Assembly: GCA_965222115.1 (NCBI GenBank)
Contig: CBDCTJ010000007.1
Span: 2,624,001-2,688,000, forward strand
Length of the DNA stretch: 64,000 bases
DNA from: Planctomycetota bacterium
GTDB taxonomy: Bacteria; Planctomycetota; PLA2; JAEUHO01
Reading direction: 5' to 3'
Part shown: positions 10,311 to 19,633 of the stretch, piece after piece
How positions within the stretch are numbered: position 1 is the stretch's first letter
How the letters are laid out: the number at the start of each line of letters is the position of its first letter
Translations under genes and position numbers: made by a program
Notes under the pieces: model-generated
The model's database searches: none
What the model saw: only the letters and a program-made list of their open reading frames with translations
What the model was told of the DNA's origin: nothing

Positions 10311-10467
10311 GATGGAACTCCGGCGTGAAAGGAGCGCAAGCCGTTTGCTCGCGTGTGCCCTTCGCAAAAGAGCCGAAGGCGAAGGAGGGCGCACGCGAGC
10401 GGACCGTACGAACAAGGTCCCGCGTGGACTCGGCAACCCGTTCCATGCTGGAGTTCCATCACAAGCG
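10301..10467. ncRNA. Conserved structured leader A (fold-back covering RBS and start codon), copy 1
   Basis: Outer arms 10301-10323 and 10448-10467. Inner 15-bp stem 10347-10361 / 10386-10400. Conserved in four copies. Whether it acts as RNA or ssDNA is not established. Confidence 0.6.
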
Positions 10468-10510
10468 GCGCCCGCGCGTACCGGTCGCGCATGAGTTACC
10501 GATGGCCTGC

Positions 10511-10740
10511 CCCGAATCCGTCACCCGTTACCCGAATCCCGTCACCCGGACTCAAGAGTGAGCGTCCGATAATCGATTCACGCAGGCTCGTGGACGTGGA
10601 CGTGGACGTGGACGTGGACGTGGACGTGGACGTGGACGTGGACGTGGACGTCAAGAGCAAATGGCCTTGCCATTTGCGCAAAGACCCTGAGTAAGCACCA
10701 GCGGATCTTTGATCCGCGCGGTGCGCATCGAAGGGTGGTC
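10511..10740 (+). repeat. Repeat module: heptamers + X + (GTGGAC)10 + hairpin block Y
   Basis: GTGGAC x10 at 10590-10649. Y = GAGCAAATGGCCTTGCCATTTGC..GACCCTGAGTAAGCACCAGCGGATCTTTGATCCGCGCGGTGCGCATCGAAGGGTGG. Confidence 0.95.
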
Positions 10741-10795
10741 GTCGTAGGCCAAGGGCGCGAATCGGTGCCAGGAGCGAACGTGTGGAAGGGGTGAG

Positions 10796-11218
10796 CTACT
10801 CGCGCCGTACGTACTTCTGCAGCTCTTCCACATGCTCCTGCTCTTCGCGCACCATGCCGCGTGCGTACTCTTCAAGGGCGACTTCGTTCTCGGGAATGAG
10901 TTTGAGGAGCGCAAGGTAGCCATCAACGGCGGCCTTCTCTGCTTCGAGGTTGGACTCAAGCATTTCCTGGACATTGAGGCTCTTTGTTTCCCAGGCCTTT
11001 TGGGCCTCAATATTGGGCTGACTGCCAAGCGAAACGATCTTCTCGCCAAGTTGAATGGCGTGCTGCAGGCTCTCTTGCGCATTCGCCCGCAGGTAGTTGA
11101 CGATGGGTTCACGGCCCCAACCGAAGACCATGAAGCTGTGGTGGAGGTAGCGATTGACGCCTTCCATTTCCATGGCGAGCAGACGATTGAGCTGATCGAT
11201 GAGCGCTTGATTTTGCAC
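10796..11218 (-). CDS. Bacterioferritin / ferritin-like protein
   Basis: LNRLLAMEMEGVNRYLHH, ESLQHA, LEAEKAA and EEQEH di-iron type motifs. GTG start with GGAGG RBS. Confidence 0.85.
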   Translation of the reverse strand: MQNQALIDQLNRLLAMEMEGVNRYLHHSFMVFGWGREPIVNYLRANAQESLQHAIQLGEKIVSLGSQPNIEAQKAWETKSLNVQEMLESNLEAEKAAVDGYLALLKLIPENEVALEEYARGMVREEQEHVEELQKYVRRE

Positions 11219-11286
11219 GGGGCCTCCGAAGGTCAGGGTCAGCCGCAGAGGGTAGCCCGAGTCGTGGCTGAGGCTACGATCCTCCC

Positions 11287-11847
11287 GTGGGAACATTTCG
11301 CCGCTACACCACCGAGGAATTGATCGCGAGCCGACCCACGATGGGGGAACGGGAACGTACGCGTCTGCCCACCATTTTGCTGCTCGACGACATTCGATCG
11401 GCCAGCAACGTGGGCTTGATTTTCCGCCTCTGCGATTGCCTGAACATCGCCGAATTGTGGTTGGGGGGCATCTCGCCGTATCCCGGCGTATCGGACCGTG
11501 CCATGGCCCGCATGGAGAAAACGGGTGTGGGGGGGAGTCTCGAATCGGTTCCTTGGCGCCATGTGCCCGATGCATTCGAAGCCGTTCGCGCCAGAAGGGC
11601 AGATGGCTGGCGCGTGATTGCCGTCGAGCAGGGAGTGCCGTCAATCAGCTTGAAGGAATGCGACTTCGGCGAGCGCGCCATAATCGTCTTGGGCCACGAA
11701 CGTGCGGGCATTCGCGACAGCATTCTGGGTATCGCAGACCAGGTCGTGTCGCTACCGATCTATGGCGTCACCAACAGCCTAAACGTCGCTACCTGCGCCG
11801 CCGTCGTGCTCTACCACGCCGACACCAAGCTCACCCGCCCCTCCTGA
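11287..11847 (+). CDS. TrmH/SpoU family RNA methyltransferase
   Basis: LLDDIRSASNVGLIFR, LGHERAGI, SLNVATCAAVVLY. Confidence 0.9.
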   Translation: MGTFRRYTTEELIASRPTMGERERTRLPTILLLDDIRSASNVGLIFRLCDCLNIAELWLGGISPYPGVSDRAMARMEKTGVGGSLESVPWRHVPDAFEAVRARRADGWRVIAVEQGVPSISLKECDFGERAIIVLGHERAGIRDSILGIADQVVSLPIYGVTNSLNVATCAAVVLYHADTKLTRPS

Positions 11848-11898
11848 TGTCTGGCGCGCCACAAAAGCCTGGCTTTTGCGGCGCACACGATCTCGCCG

Positions 11899-13698
11899 TT
11901 AGCGTCTGGGCGGGCGGATGACTAGAGGTGTGTTCTTACCAGCCCGTACCGTCGCCGAGGCGGTCCCAAGGCTCGTTCCGCCCAGTTCGACATTGAATGT
12001 GTACTTGCCTGGCGGAAAGGGTCCCAACAGGGTGCCAGTAGCGACGTGAACCCTAGGGCTGACATCAGAGACGGAGATAGGTGCCATTGTGTCGCCGTCA
12101 TTCTCTTGTTCGGCCCAGGGGATGAGTCCTCGGTCGCTTGCGGTGAGCCACAGTGTGCCGATTGACTGCGGCACGACCGCTTCAGGTACGACGATCAAGA
12201 ATCCAGCCGGTGCGAGCGTGAGTCGCGTCGTTTCGTCTTTTGCTACGGTAGATGTTCGGACGGCTTGAAATTCATTCGTCGGGTATTTGCGACCGCCTTT
12301 TGTGAGATACGCATACAGGTGTCGAATCGTGTTGTCGCTTGTCTTGATGCGCCAGGCGCTAGCACTCATCGGTTTGACGTCGAACGAATCGACCCACGAG
12401 TTTCGCTCGCCATCCACGATCTGTGCGTACACGTCCAACGACGTTTCGCGTGCATCGACGTTTTTCGCAGCGAATTCAACCGTGGTGGTGGGGGGGCTGG
12501 GTTTGTTGTTGCGCTTGTGTCTAGTACCGCGCGCGGCCTTCTTCCATGGCGGGGTCCCCTCTATGCGCACGGCGACCTCGGTTGATTCACCGGGGCGCAC
12601 CTCAAGCTTCGATTCGCCGTGAATCGTCCAGTACTTGCCGCATCGCAACGTCCATGTACCCGGTCGCACGACTGCGCGACGTAGCGAATTGGAGCGAGTC
12701 AGATTCTTGCGACCCTTCAAGGCGGGGTTGGTAATCCAAAGTGTGGGCACATGCGGCGATTCGTTGGTGACGTTTACTACGATGCGTCCAAGTCGAACGA
12801 TGGGTACCGTGATCGTCTCGCCTGCGTGTACATGATGAGTGTGTCGCATCGGCTTGAATAGCGCTGGAAACGTGTCGGATGTTTCTGCGCGATGTAGTAG
12901 ATGGCTAGGCGATGTTACGGCGAGTCGATACGTACGATCGACGGCCAAATTTGAAATGGTGCCTATAGGTCCACGGATCTTCGTACCACTACTGGCATTG
13001 TGGAGAAGTTTGTTGCTCAACGAGTTAGCATTCTTCTTGCGCTGCTCGTATGCGTTGGCCTGCAGAATCGAATCCGAAAGGTCGATCGGTCCTCCTTGTG
13101 CGTTCTTCAACTCGATGCGGATCTCGCCGGTCTTCGGCAGATGAAGATCAACGGTGGGCGTCGATCCCGAAGTCACATGCACGCTCTCGGCGAGGTCGCC
13201 GCCCGACGATTGGCGGATCCCTATGTGCCACCACCCGGCTTTGGGCAGCGCCAAGACAGTGTCATGTTCACCTCGCCACGACTTTCGAACTCCACGAGGG
13301 TCATCATCGGCCAACGCGCGCTCGTCAGCGGGCACCGCGAAGAGGGATCCGACCGGCTTCCTCTTGGTTGCTCTCGGAACTCCGTGCACACGAACACGAA
13401 CGCGAGCAGCTATCCAGGGAGATGCTTCAGCGCCACGAAGTTCTTGATTCGCCGGATTTTCGCCCTGGACGTCGGCTCGATCTAGATCCGTAGATGAAGG
13501 TGCGTCGACTAACGGTGTGCGACCTGAAAGTGTCCCCGTCGACAATGTGTTTACAGGCGACAACGTGTTTACAGGCGACAACGACTGAGCGGCGTCCTCT
13601 TTAGAGTCACCAACATCCGGCTGTGGTGTGCCCACGAGAATCCACGTCACCAGCATGGCAGCGAGCGCCACAAGCATCGTAATCAGCCACGATCGCAT
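11899..13698 (-). CDS. Hypothetical membrane-anchored/secreted beta-rich protein
   Basis: Long ORF with an N-terminal hydrophobic helix, a low-complexity linker (TLSPVN x2) and beta-strand-rich segments. Confidence 0.65.
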   Translation of the reverse strand: MRSWLITMLVALAAMLVTWILVGTPQPDVGDSKEDAAQSLSPVNTLSPVNTLSTGTLSGRTPLVDAPSSTDLDRADVQGENPANQELRGAEASPWIAARVRVRVHGVPRATKRKPVGSLFAVPADERALADDDPRGVRKSWRGEHDTVLALPKAGWWHIGIRQSSGGDLAESVHVTSGSTPTVDLHLPKTGEIRIELKNAQGGPIDLSDSILQANAYEQRKKNANSLSNKLLHNASSGTKIRGPIGTISNLAVDRTYRLAVTSPSHLLHRAETSDTFPALFKPMRHTHHVHAGETITVPIVRLGRIVVNVTNESPHVPTLWITNPALKGRKNLTRSNSLRRAVVRPGTWTLRCGKYWTIHGESKLEVRPGESTEVAVRIEGTPPWKKAARGTRHKRNNKPSPPTTTVEFAAKNVDARETSLDVYAQIVDGERNSWVDSFDVKPMSASAWRIKTSDNTIRHLYAYLTKGGRKYPTNEFQAVRTSTVAKDETTRLTLAPAGFLIVVPEAVVPQSIGTLWLTASDRGLIPWAEQENDGDTMAPISVSDVSPRVHVATGTLLGPFPPGKYTFNVELGGTSLGTASATVRAGKNTPLVIRPPRR

Positions 13699-13737
13699 GC
13701 ACCCAGCATACGCCACCTGTAGAGATACGTTCCAGTG

Positions 13738-15030
13738 CTATCTGAGAAGCCACTCGGTGGCTTCCGCGGCGGTCCCCACCTTCGCCGTTTCACCGTCATG
13801 CATACGCTTGATGTGTGCGCCGTCGTCTTCGTTTAGCGTAATGACATAGGCGACACTCTTGCGATCGGCGTGACGCATCTGTTGGCCGTGCTTCTTGCGG
13901 GTGGGGAACACTTCCGTGGCGAATCCCGCGTCGCGGAGATTCTCCGCCCACGTAAAGGCCGCGCCAATCCCCTGGTGTTCGGGAAATGCGATCATGACAT
14001 CGACAACGCCTTGCGTGTCCTCGCCCTCTTCGATGGCTTCCAACGCGTCGAGCAAACGCGTTACACCGATGGAGCAACCCACGCCGGGGAAGTCGGTCTT
14101 CGTATAGAGCCGCGCGAGATTGTCGTAGCGACCGCCGGATCCCACACTGCCAATGTCGGGCAACGACTGGTGTTGCGCTTCCAGGACGATGCCTGTGTAG
14201 TAATCGAGCCCTCGTGCAATCATTGGATCGATGCGAATCGACGACTCAGGCTTGCCGGTTGAACGCACCAAGGCACGCACCTCGCGAAGTGCGTCTACGG
14301 CCTTCTTACCGTCGTCGTCTACCGCCGCCTCGAGTGCCGCCAATGTGGATTCATCGTTGTCTTCAGGCGTACTCGCTTCGAGCAGTTCGGATGCCTGTGC
14401 GGCGGAAAGTCCCGCTTCCTCGAGTTCGCCCAGCACGACATCGCGGCCGCGTTTTTCAAACTTATCAATGGCCCGTAGCACGCTCGGCCCACTGTCGGAC
14501 ACGCCGAATCGCGCCAGCATGGCGTTGAGAATGCGCCGATCGTTCACACGAATGGTGATGGGGCCTGCATCGATGCGTTCATACGCGGTGAGCATAAGGA
14601 TCAAGATTTCGGCGTCGGGCAATACACCGGTGGCACCCACAATGTCGGCATCGCACTGCAGAAACTCGCGCGCGCGCCCTCGTTGGGGACGTTCGCCACG
14701 CCAGCACAAGCCCACATGCGACCGGCGAAACGGCACGGGCAACTCACCCTGGTGTTGGGCGATGAATCGTGCGAGCGGAACCGTTAAATCAAAGCGCATG
14801 GCCACTTGGCGTCCGCCCTTGTTGGTGAACTCAAACAGTTCGCGATCGCTGTCTTCGCCCCCCTTGCCTTTGAGGATCTCGGCCAACTCCAGCACGGGTG
14901 TTTCGATGGGTGCGTAGCCGTATGCGATGAACACGTCTTGAAGTGTTCGCACCATTTTCAGTTGACGATGCGCACGGTTTGGCAATAAATCGCGAAAGCC
15001 TTTGAGTGTGCGCGGTTGAATGATGGACAT
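13738..15030 (-). CDS. hisS: Histidine--tRNA ligase
   Basis: PRTLKGFRD, MRFDLTVPLAR, RGERPQRGRAREFLQCDADIVG, ARGLDYYTG, GGRYDNL. Confidence 0.96.
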   Translation of the reverse strand: MSIIQPRTLKGFRDLLPNRAHRQLKMVRTLQDVFIAYGYAPIETPVLELAEILKGKGGEDSDRELFEFTNKGGRQVAMRFDLTVPLARFIAQHQGELPVPFRRSHVGLCWRGERPQRGRAREFLQCDADIVGATGVLPDAEILILMLTAYERIDAGPITIRVNDRRILNAMLARFGVSDSGPSVLRAIDKFEKRGRDVVLGELEEAGLSAAQASELLEASTPEDNDESTLAALEAAVDDDGKKAVDALREVRALVRSTGKPESSIRIDPMIARGLDYYTGIVLEAQHQSLPDIGSVGSGGRYDNLARLYTKTDFPGVGCSIGVTRLLDALEAIEEGEDTQGVVDVMIAFPEHQGIGAAFTWAENLRDAGFATEVFPTRKKHGQQMRHADRKSVAYVITLNEDDGAHIKRMHDGETAKVGTAAEATEWLLR

Positions 15031-15114
15031 GGCGAATTCCTAGACGCTTCATGCGTACTCCACAGAGATTACGAGACGCTAGGATTCGAGCGCAGGTTTC
15101 CTTGCGGCCTGAAT

Positions 15115-16674
15115 TTACGCCTTCGGAGCACTCAGTGGCTTTAGGCCAGCGGCGGCCAGAAACGTTCCATCCGCAATGGCGGCTTTCACCTTCGCGAGCG
15201 AATCCTTCCAGAGTCGGTCCTTTGCACGGAAGGGGATAAGCGTGCGAACGGCATCCACCACGGCTTGGACACGCTTGGAAGGAGACTGCGCACGCAGTTC
15301 GATCGCTTGCGCGGCTGCCATGATTTCGATGGCGAGGATCCCACGCACGAGTTCCGCCACATCGAGGCAGCGCCGCGCCGCGATGGGCGCCATGCTCACG
15401 TGATCCTCGATGTTGGCGCCGGTCGGGATCGAGTCGGCCGTCGCCGGCACACAGAGTCCTTTGCTTTCGGAGGCAAGTGCGGCGGCAACATACTGCGGAA
15501 TCATGTAGCCGGAGTGCAGACCCTTTTCCGGAGTGAGGTACGGAGGCAATCCCTCGTTCATATGCGCGTCAACCAGCGTAGCCGTACGTCGCTCGCTTAT
15601 GCTGCCCAACTCATGCGTGCACAAGCGTAGGTGATCGGCGGCGAGGCCAAGCGCTTCACCATGAAAGTTGCCACCCGAGAGTATGTCTTCGCCGAACACG
15701 AGTGGGTTGTCGGTTGTGGCATTGATTTCACGCGCGAATACGCCGGCTGCAAAGGTGAGCCCCTCGGCTGCGGCGCCATGCACCTGCGGCGCACATCGAA
15801 TGCCATAAGCATCTTGCGGCGAAATGCGTTTACCGGGAATGGCATCCGACGGAGCGTCGATGAGTTTGCTGCCGCGCAGCAGCTTACGGATGCGCGCCGC
15901 ACTTGCTTGTTGACCGACGTGGTGGCGTGCTGCGTGCAAGCGGTCGTCAAACGCTTCCGAACGGCCTGCGAGTGCTTCGGCTGTCATTGCGGCCGCAACA
16001 TCCGCCATTGTTGACAGCGTCGCGGCTTCACGCCAAGCGCGCAACGCAATCGAAAGCGTGATCTGCATGCCGTTGACGAGTGCCAGACCTTCTTTCGCCG
16101 CCAACCGAACGGGTGAAATTCCGGCCTTTCGTAGCGCGGCTGTGGCCGTCATGCGCCTTCTACGCACATGCACATGGCCCCTGCCAATCATGGGCAACGC
16201 GAGATAGGAAAGTGGCGCCAAGTCGCCACTCGCGCCAACGCTCCCACGCGAGGGGACCTCCGCAAGGATGTCGTTCTCGTAGATTGCGATCATCGTGTCG
16301 AGCGTTGAACGGCGAATACCGGAATGGCCCTGCGCGAGGGCGTGAATGCGTAGGAAAAGCGCGAGTCGCACCGTCTCATCGGAGAGCAACGGCCCATCGC
16401 CCATGGCGTGACTCTGAATAAGATTGTGCTGCAACGTCGTGACTTCGTCCGCCGAGATCGCCATGTCCGCGTTGCTGCCAAAGCCCGTGGTGACCCCGTA
16501 GACCCATTCCTTGTCTTTCACGGCCCGTGCAATGCGAGCCGCAGACGCGCGGATGCGAGCGGCGGCCCCCGATGCCAGTTTCAGAGTAACGCCGTGTTGC
16601 GCCGCATCCATCACTGCGTCGATGTCGAGCCTGCCGCCCACGGCTCGGATCGACGAAGTTTTCGAGTTGCTCAT
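15115..16674 (-). CDS. hutH: Histidine ammonia-lyase (MIO-dependent aromatic amino acid lyase)
   Basis: YGVTTGFG, GSVGASGDLAPLS (ASG MIO triad), KEGLALVNG, QDAYGIRCAPQVHG, SGGNFHG, EDHVSM. Confidence 0.9.
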   Translation of the reverse strand: MSNSKTSSIRAVGGRLDIDAVMDAAQHGVTLKLASGAAARIRASAARIARAVKDKEWVYGVTTGFGSNADMAISADEVTTLQHNLIQSHAMGDGPLLSDETVRLALFLRIHALAQGHSGIRRSTLDTMIAIYENDILAEVPSRGSVGASGDLAPLSYLALPMIGRGHVHVRRRRMTATAALRKAGISPVRLAAKEGLALVNGMQITLSIALRAWREAATLSTMADVAAAMTAEALAGRSEAFDDRLHAARHHVGQQASAARIRKLLRGSKLIDAPSDAIPGKRISPQDAYGIRCAPQVHGAAAEGLTFAAGVFAREINATTDNPLVFGEDILSGGNFHGEALGLAADHLRLCTHELGSISERRTATLVDAHMNEGLPPYLTPEKGLHSGYMIPQYVAAALASESKGLCVPATADSIPTGANIEDHVSMAPIAARRCLDVAELVRGILAIEIMAAAQAIELRAQSPSKRVQAVVDAVRTLIPFRAKDRLWKDSLAKVKAAIADGTFLAAAGLKPLSAPKA

Positions 16675-16714
16675 GGGGACCTGATCTCCGAGTCCAAGAT
16701 GGTCGCCCTACACG

Positions 16715-18805
16715 CTACTCGTCGGGACCTGGATCACCATCAATGAGCCGCACCAGTTCGTTCTCGAACCACTCACTGTTTACACGGCCTCGTACGCGTA
16801 CCGATTCAACAGTAATGTCGCCGCCGCTGGTAAAGAATCCAATGCGCGCGGGACCCATCGTGCTGTCGTTGTCGCCTTTCACGGTGCCCTTCACCGAGGC
16901 TTTGTCGGTCTTGCCCTGAAAACTCGCCGTGCATTGGTGCTTCTTGCGCGCAAAGCGAATGGTTACGCGGTCACCGTGCTTGATGGATACTTTGGATGCC
17001 GCGTCGAGTTTGATGAATCCGTGTGCGTCGGCGTCGGCATCGGCCCACACGCCTTGGCCGATGTACCAAAGAACATGGCCGGGCTCCTTGCGGGACGCCG
17101 CGCCCTTCTTCAGTTGAAAGTCCTTATTGTTAATATTGAACAACACGGCGCGATAGCTTGTGCTGTTCTCTAGCGCCATGGCGCCGAAGTCTGTCGCCGT
17201 TTCGGCCCGAATCGTTGCTTCCACAATGACGTCGGGATCAAACACGACGTTTAAGAAGAGTCCGGTCGCACCGCGCAATCGCATGCCGTTCTTTACGTGA
17301 CCGCCTTTGAGAGCGAGGTGGCTTGCAAACGGCTGCTCTAGACGCCAGTCCGATTCGGCCAACGCCTTGTCGGCCATGTTGTACGTGACGTCGATGGTGG
17401 GATCTTTTGCCTTGGACGGGGCCCGAAGCAACCCGGTTGAACCCATGAGTCCGGCACGTGCGGCCTTTTCCCCATTTCGAATTTGGAAGCCGTGCATTTT
17501 TACAGTTTCCGACTGAGCATATTTCTTGAGTAGTGATGTGTAACTTTCCAACGCGATGTCGTAGTGGCCTGCCAATAGTTGGAGGCGTGCTCTGCGCCAC
17601 GCGGCCCGAACTTGATCTTCGCGACTCGTACCGGGATTGGCCGCGTTGGGCGTCGGCTTATCGGGATCGGTCGTGCCGGGCGAAGGCTCCTTCGGCGGTC
17701 GTGGTCGATCTGGCGTGCGCGTCGGCGGTGTGTCTTTGGGCGGCACACGTGGGGACTCGGCCTCTTTGGTCACCACGCGCAACGAGGCGCGTTCCAGCAG
17801 GGGTAGAAGTGTTGCATGCAGATCCGGCGGCAACTGCAGCCCAGCGGCAAGCAGCAGTTGATAGGCCTGTCGCGGCGAGCGCACAATCATGGATGCTGCC
17901 CGTGAGCGCACGTCGTCGGCATAGCGTTTCGCTTCTTGCTCCACTTCGGAGAGCAGATCATCAACGCCGACAGCGGCTTCGCTTGCGCCATGGGCCTCTT
18001 GAAAACGGTGAATGGCCTCCAAGCTCTCTCGATATTGTCGAAGTGCGCGCAACGACTCGACTTGCTGATTCAATTCGCGACGGGTCGCCTTCGCGAGCGC
18101 CGAATTTGCGGTGCGCATACGGTCAATTACGGCATCTGCGTATCGACTTTCTGGGTGTAGCTCCAGATACGAGGTCGCGGCTCGAAGTATCTGCCCTGGA
18201 TCGTTCCGTTGGCGATCGGCAAGTTGCACGAAGCGTTTGTATTCCCGGTACGCTGATGTTTCCTTGGGTGCGGCACTCGCGTGCTCGTCGAGCGCAATGT
18301 CGTAGGACTTGGTCTTCTTGGCATCACCTAGTGTGAGTGCAAAGTTGAGTGCCTTGACCGTCGCAAACAAAATCAGTCCTGCGCCCACGAGTTTGAGTGC
18401 AGTAGCAATTCCTCGACTGGGTGCGGGCGCGTTGCGTTCTTCCGTCGGGCGCGTGAGCCGCTGCGCCGCTTCGCGAGGTGGTGGGGGCGGCGCAGATTTC
18501 TTCGTTGTTGCGTCGGACTGCGTGCGAAAAAGTGCCGTCTTTCCAGCTAGCCGAATGCGATCACCATCCTCGAGACGTTTGCCGTCTGTTGTCTCCCCAT
18601 TCACCTCGGGCTGCGGCGCATCGGGTAGAGGTCGAACCCAGAATCCGTCGGGCTTGCGCGTGAGTGCGACAAGCGCTTCGGGGAACGGCGTGTCCTGCGC
18701 GCGAAGTCCGTCCCGGGCGCCGGGGCCCACAAAAACGCTGTCCTCGAGCACGTCGTACTCAAGAAGCCCGAGGGGGGACGGCAACAGCAGTTGCGCGTGG
18801 CGCAA
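16715..18805 (-). CDS. Membrane protein with N-terminal FHA-like domain, helical (TPR-like) middle and C-terminal beta-sandwich
   Basis: VNGETTDGKRLEDGDRIRLAG FHA-like end, one TM helix, Pro-rich linkers. Confidence 0.6.
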   Translation of the reverse strand: MRHAQLLLPSPLGLLEYDVLEDSVFVGPGARDGLRAQDTPFPEALVALTRKPDGFWVRPLPDAPQPEVNGETTDGKRLEDGDRIRLAGKTALFRTQSDATTKKSAPPPPPREAAQRLTRPTEERNAPAPSRGIATALKLVGAGLILFATVKALNFALTLGDAKKTKSYDIALDEHASAAPKETSAYREYKRFVQLADRQRNDPGQILRAATSYLELHPESRYADAVIDRMRTANSALAKATRRELNQQVESLRALRQYRESLEAIHRFQEAHGASEAAVGVDDLLSEVEQEAKRYADDVRSRAASMIVRSPRQAYQLLLAAGLQLPPDLHATLLPLLERASLRVVTKEAESPRVPPKDTPPTRTPDRPRPPKEPSPGTTDPDKPTPNAANPGTSREDQVRAAWRRARLQLLAGHYDIALESYTSLLKKYAQSETVKMHGFQIRNGEKAARAGLMGSTGLLRAPSKAKDPTIDVTYNMADKALAESDWRLEQPFASHLALKGGHVKNGMRLRGATGLFLNVVFDPDVIVEATIRAETATDFGAMALENSTSYRAVLFNINNKDFQLKKGAASRKEPGHVLWYIGQGVWADADADAHGFIKLDAASKVSIKHGDRVTIRFARKKHQCTASFQGKTDKASVKGTVKGDNDSTMGPARIGFFTSGGDITVESVRVRGRVNSEWFENELVRLIDGDPGPDE

Positions 18806-18909
18806 AGTTGGTCTCCTTGGTTGGTGTTGGGGGCACGAGCGTCGCGGCTCGCGGTATCCTGCGACGGGTGCAGGCTGCGTAGTCTAGTGCGCGAACTCGG
18901 TAGTTTAGA

Positions 18910-19119
18910 ATGACGAACACGAACCAAAGCGAACCGGCCTCAGCGACCGACCTCGAAGGCGTCGAAAGGCCCCATTCTTCGCTTGCGACCTGGCTCCTGT
19001 GGGGCTGGGCGTTGCTCGTTCTCGCTTGCTTGGCCGCCGTACTCATCCCCTGGGACGACCTCGCTCTGGCGCTCAATCTACGTTCGCTCATGCGATTGGA
19101 CGTGGGTGGCGTCCGATAG
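18910..19119 (+). CDS. Small hypothetical membrane protein
   Basis: 69 aa with one hydrophobic helix, ending 10 nt before dut. Confidence 0.5.
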   Translation: MTNTNQSEPASATDLEGVERPHSSLATWLLWGWALLVLACLAAVLIPWDDLALALNLRSLMRLDVGGVR

Positions 19120-19129
19120 GCTTTTCAGC

Positions 19130-19600
19130 ATGACCCAGCAGCTCTCTCTCGACGTTGTTGTCCTGCCGCACGGCGAGGACTTGCCGCTACCGCAATACGA
19201 GACGGGCGGAGCGGCGGGTATGGACCTCATGGCGGCGATCGATGGACCCATCACGCTGTCGCCGGGCGAGCGCACGCTTGTGCCGACCGGTTTGTGCGTT
19301 GACATTCCACCGGGATTTGAGGGACAGGTTCGGTCGCGCAGTGGCCTGTCACTCAAGCACGGCATTGTCTGTCCAAATAGCCCGGGTACCGTGGATTCGG
19401 ACTATCGCGGAGAATTGCGAGCCATTGTGGCCAACCTGGGGAGCGAGCCGTTCGTCATTGAACGAGGTATGCGCATCGCACAGTTCGTGTTGAGCCCAGT
19501 GGTTCAGGCGGCCTGGCATCGCGTGGACGTGCTCGAGGAAACGGCGCGCGGTAGTGGCGGATTTGGCTCCACAGGCGTGGAAGCGAGCGCGCGCGTTTGA
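19130..19600 (+). CDS. dut: dUTP diphosphatase
   Basis: [39 protein letters not shown]. Confidence 0.97.
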   Translation: MTQQLSLDVVVLPHGEDLPLPQYETGGAAGMDLMAAIDGPITLSPGERTLVPTGLCVDIPPGFEGQVRSRSGLSLKHGIVCPNSPGTVDSDYRGELRAIVANLGSEPFVIERGMRIAQFVLSPVVQAAWHRVDVLEETARGSGGFGSTGVEASARV

Positions 19601-19633
19601 CTTCTCCCTCGAGGGGCCTGAGAATCTGCCTCA

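Noticed and set aside
9755-10740. Classical IS/MITE or integron cassette
   Set aside because: There are no terminal inverted repeats, target-site duplications, transposase or integrase. The modules lack the RYYYAAC/GTTRRRY ends of attC sites and the loci are dispersed rather than arrayed.
13540-13583. 18-bp tandem duplication in the 11899-13698 gene
   Set aside because: It is an in-frame TLSPVN repeat in a low-complexity linker, which is ordinary.
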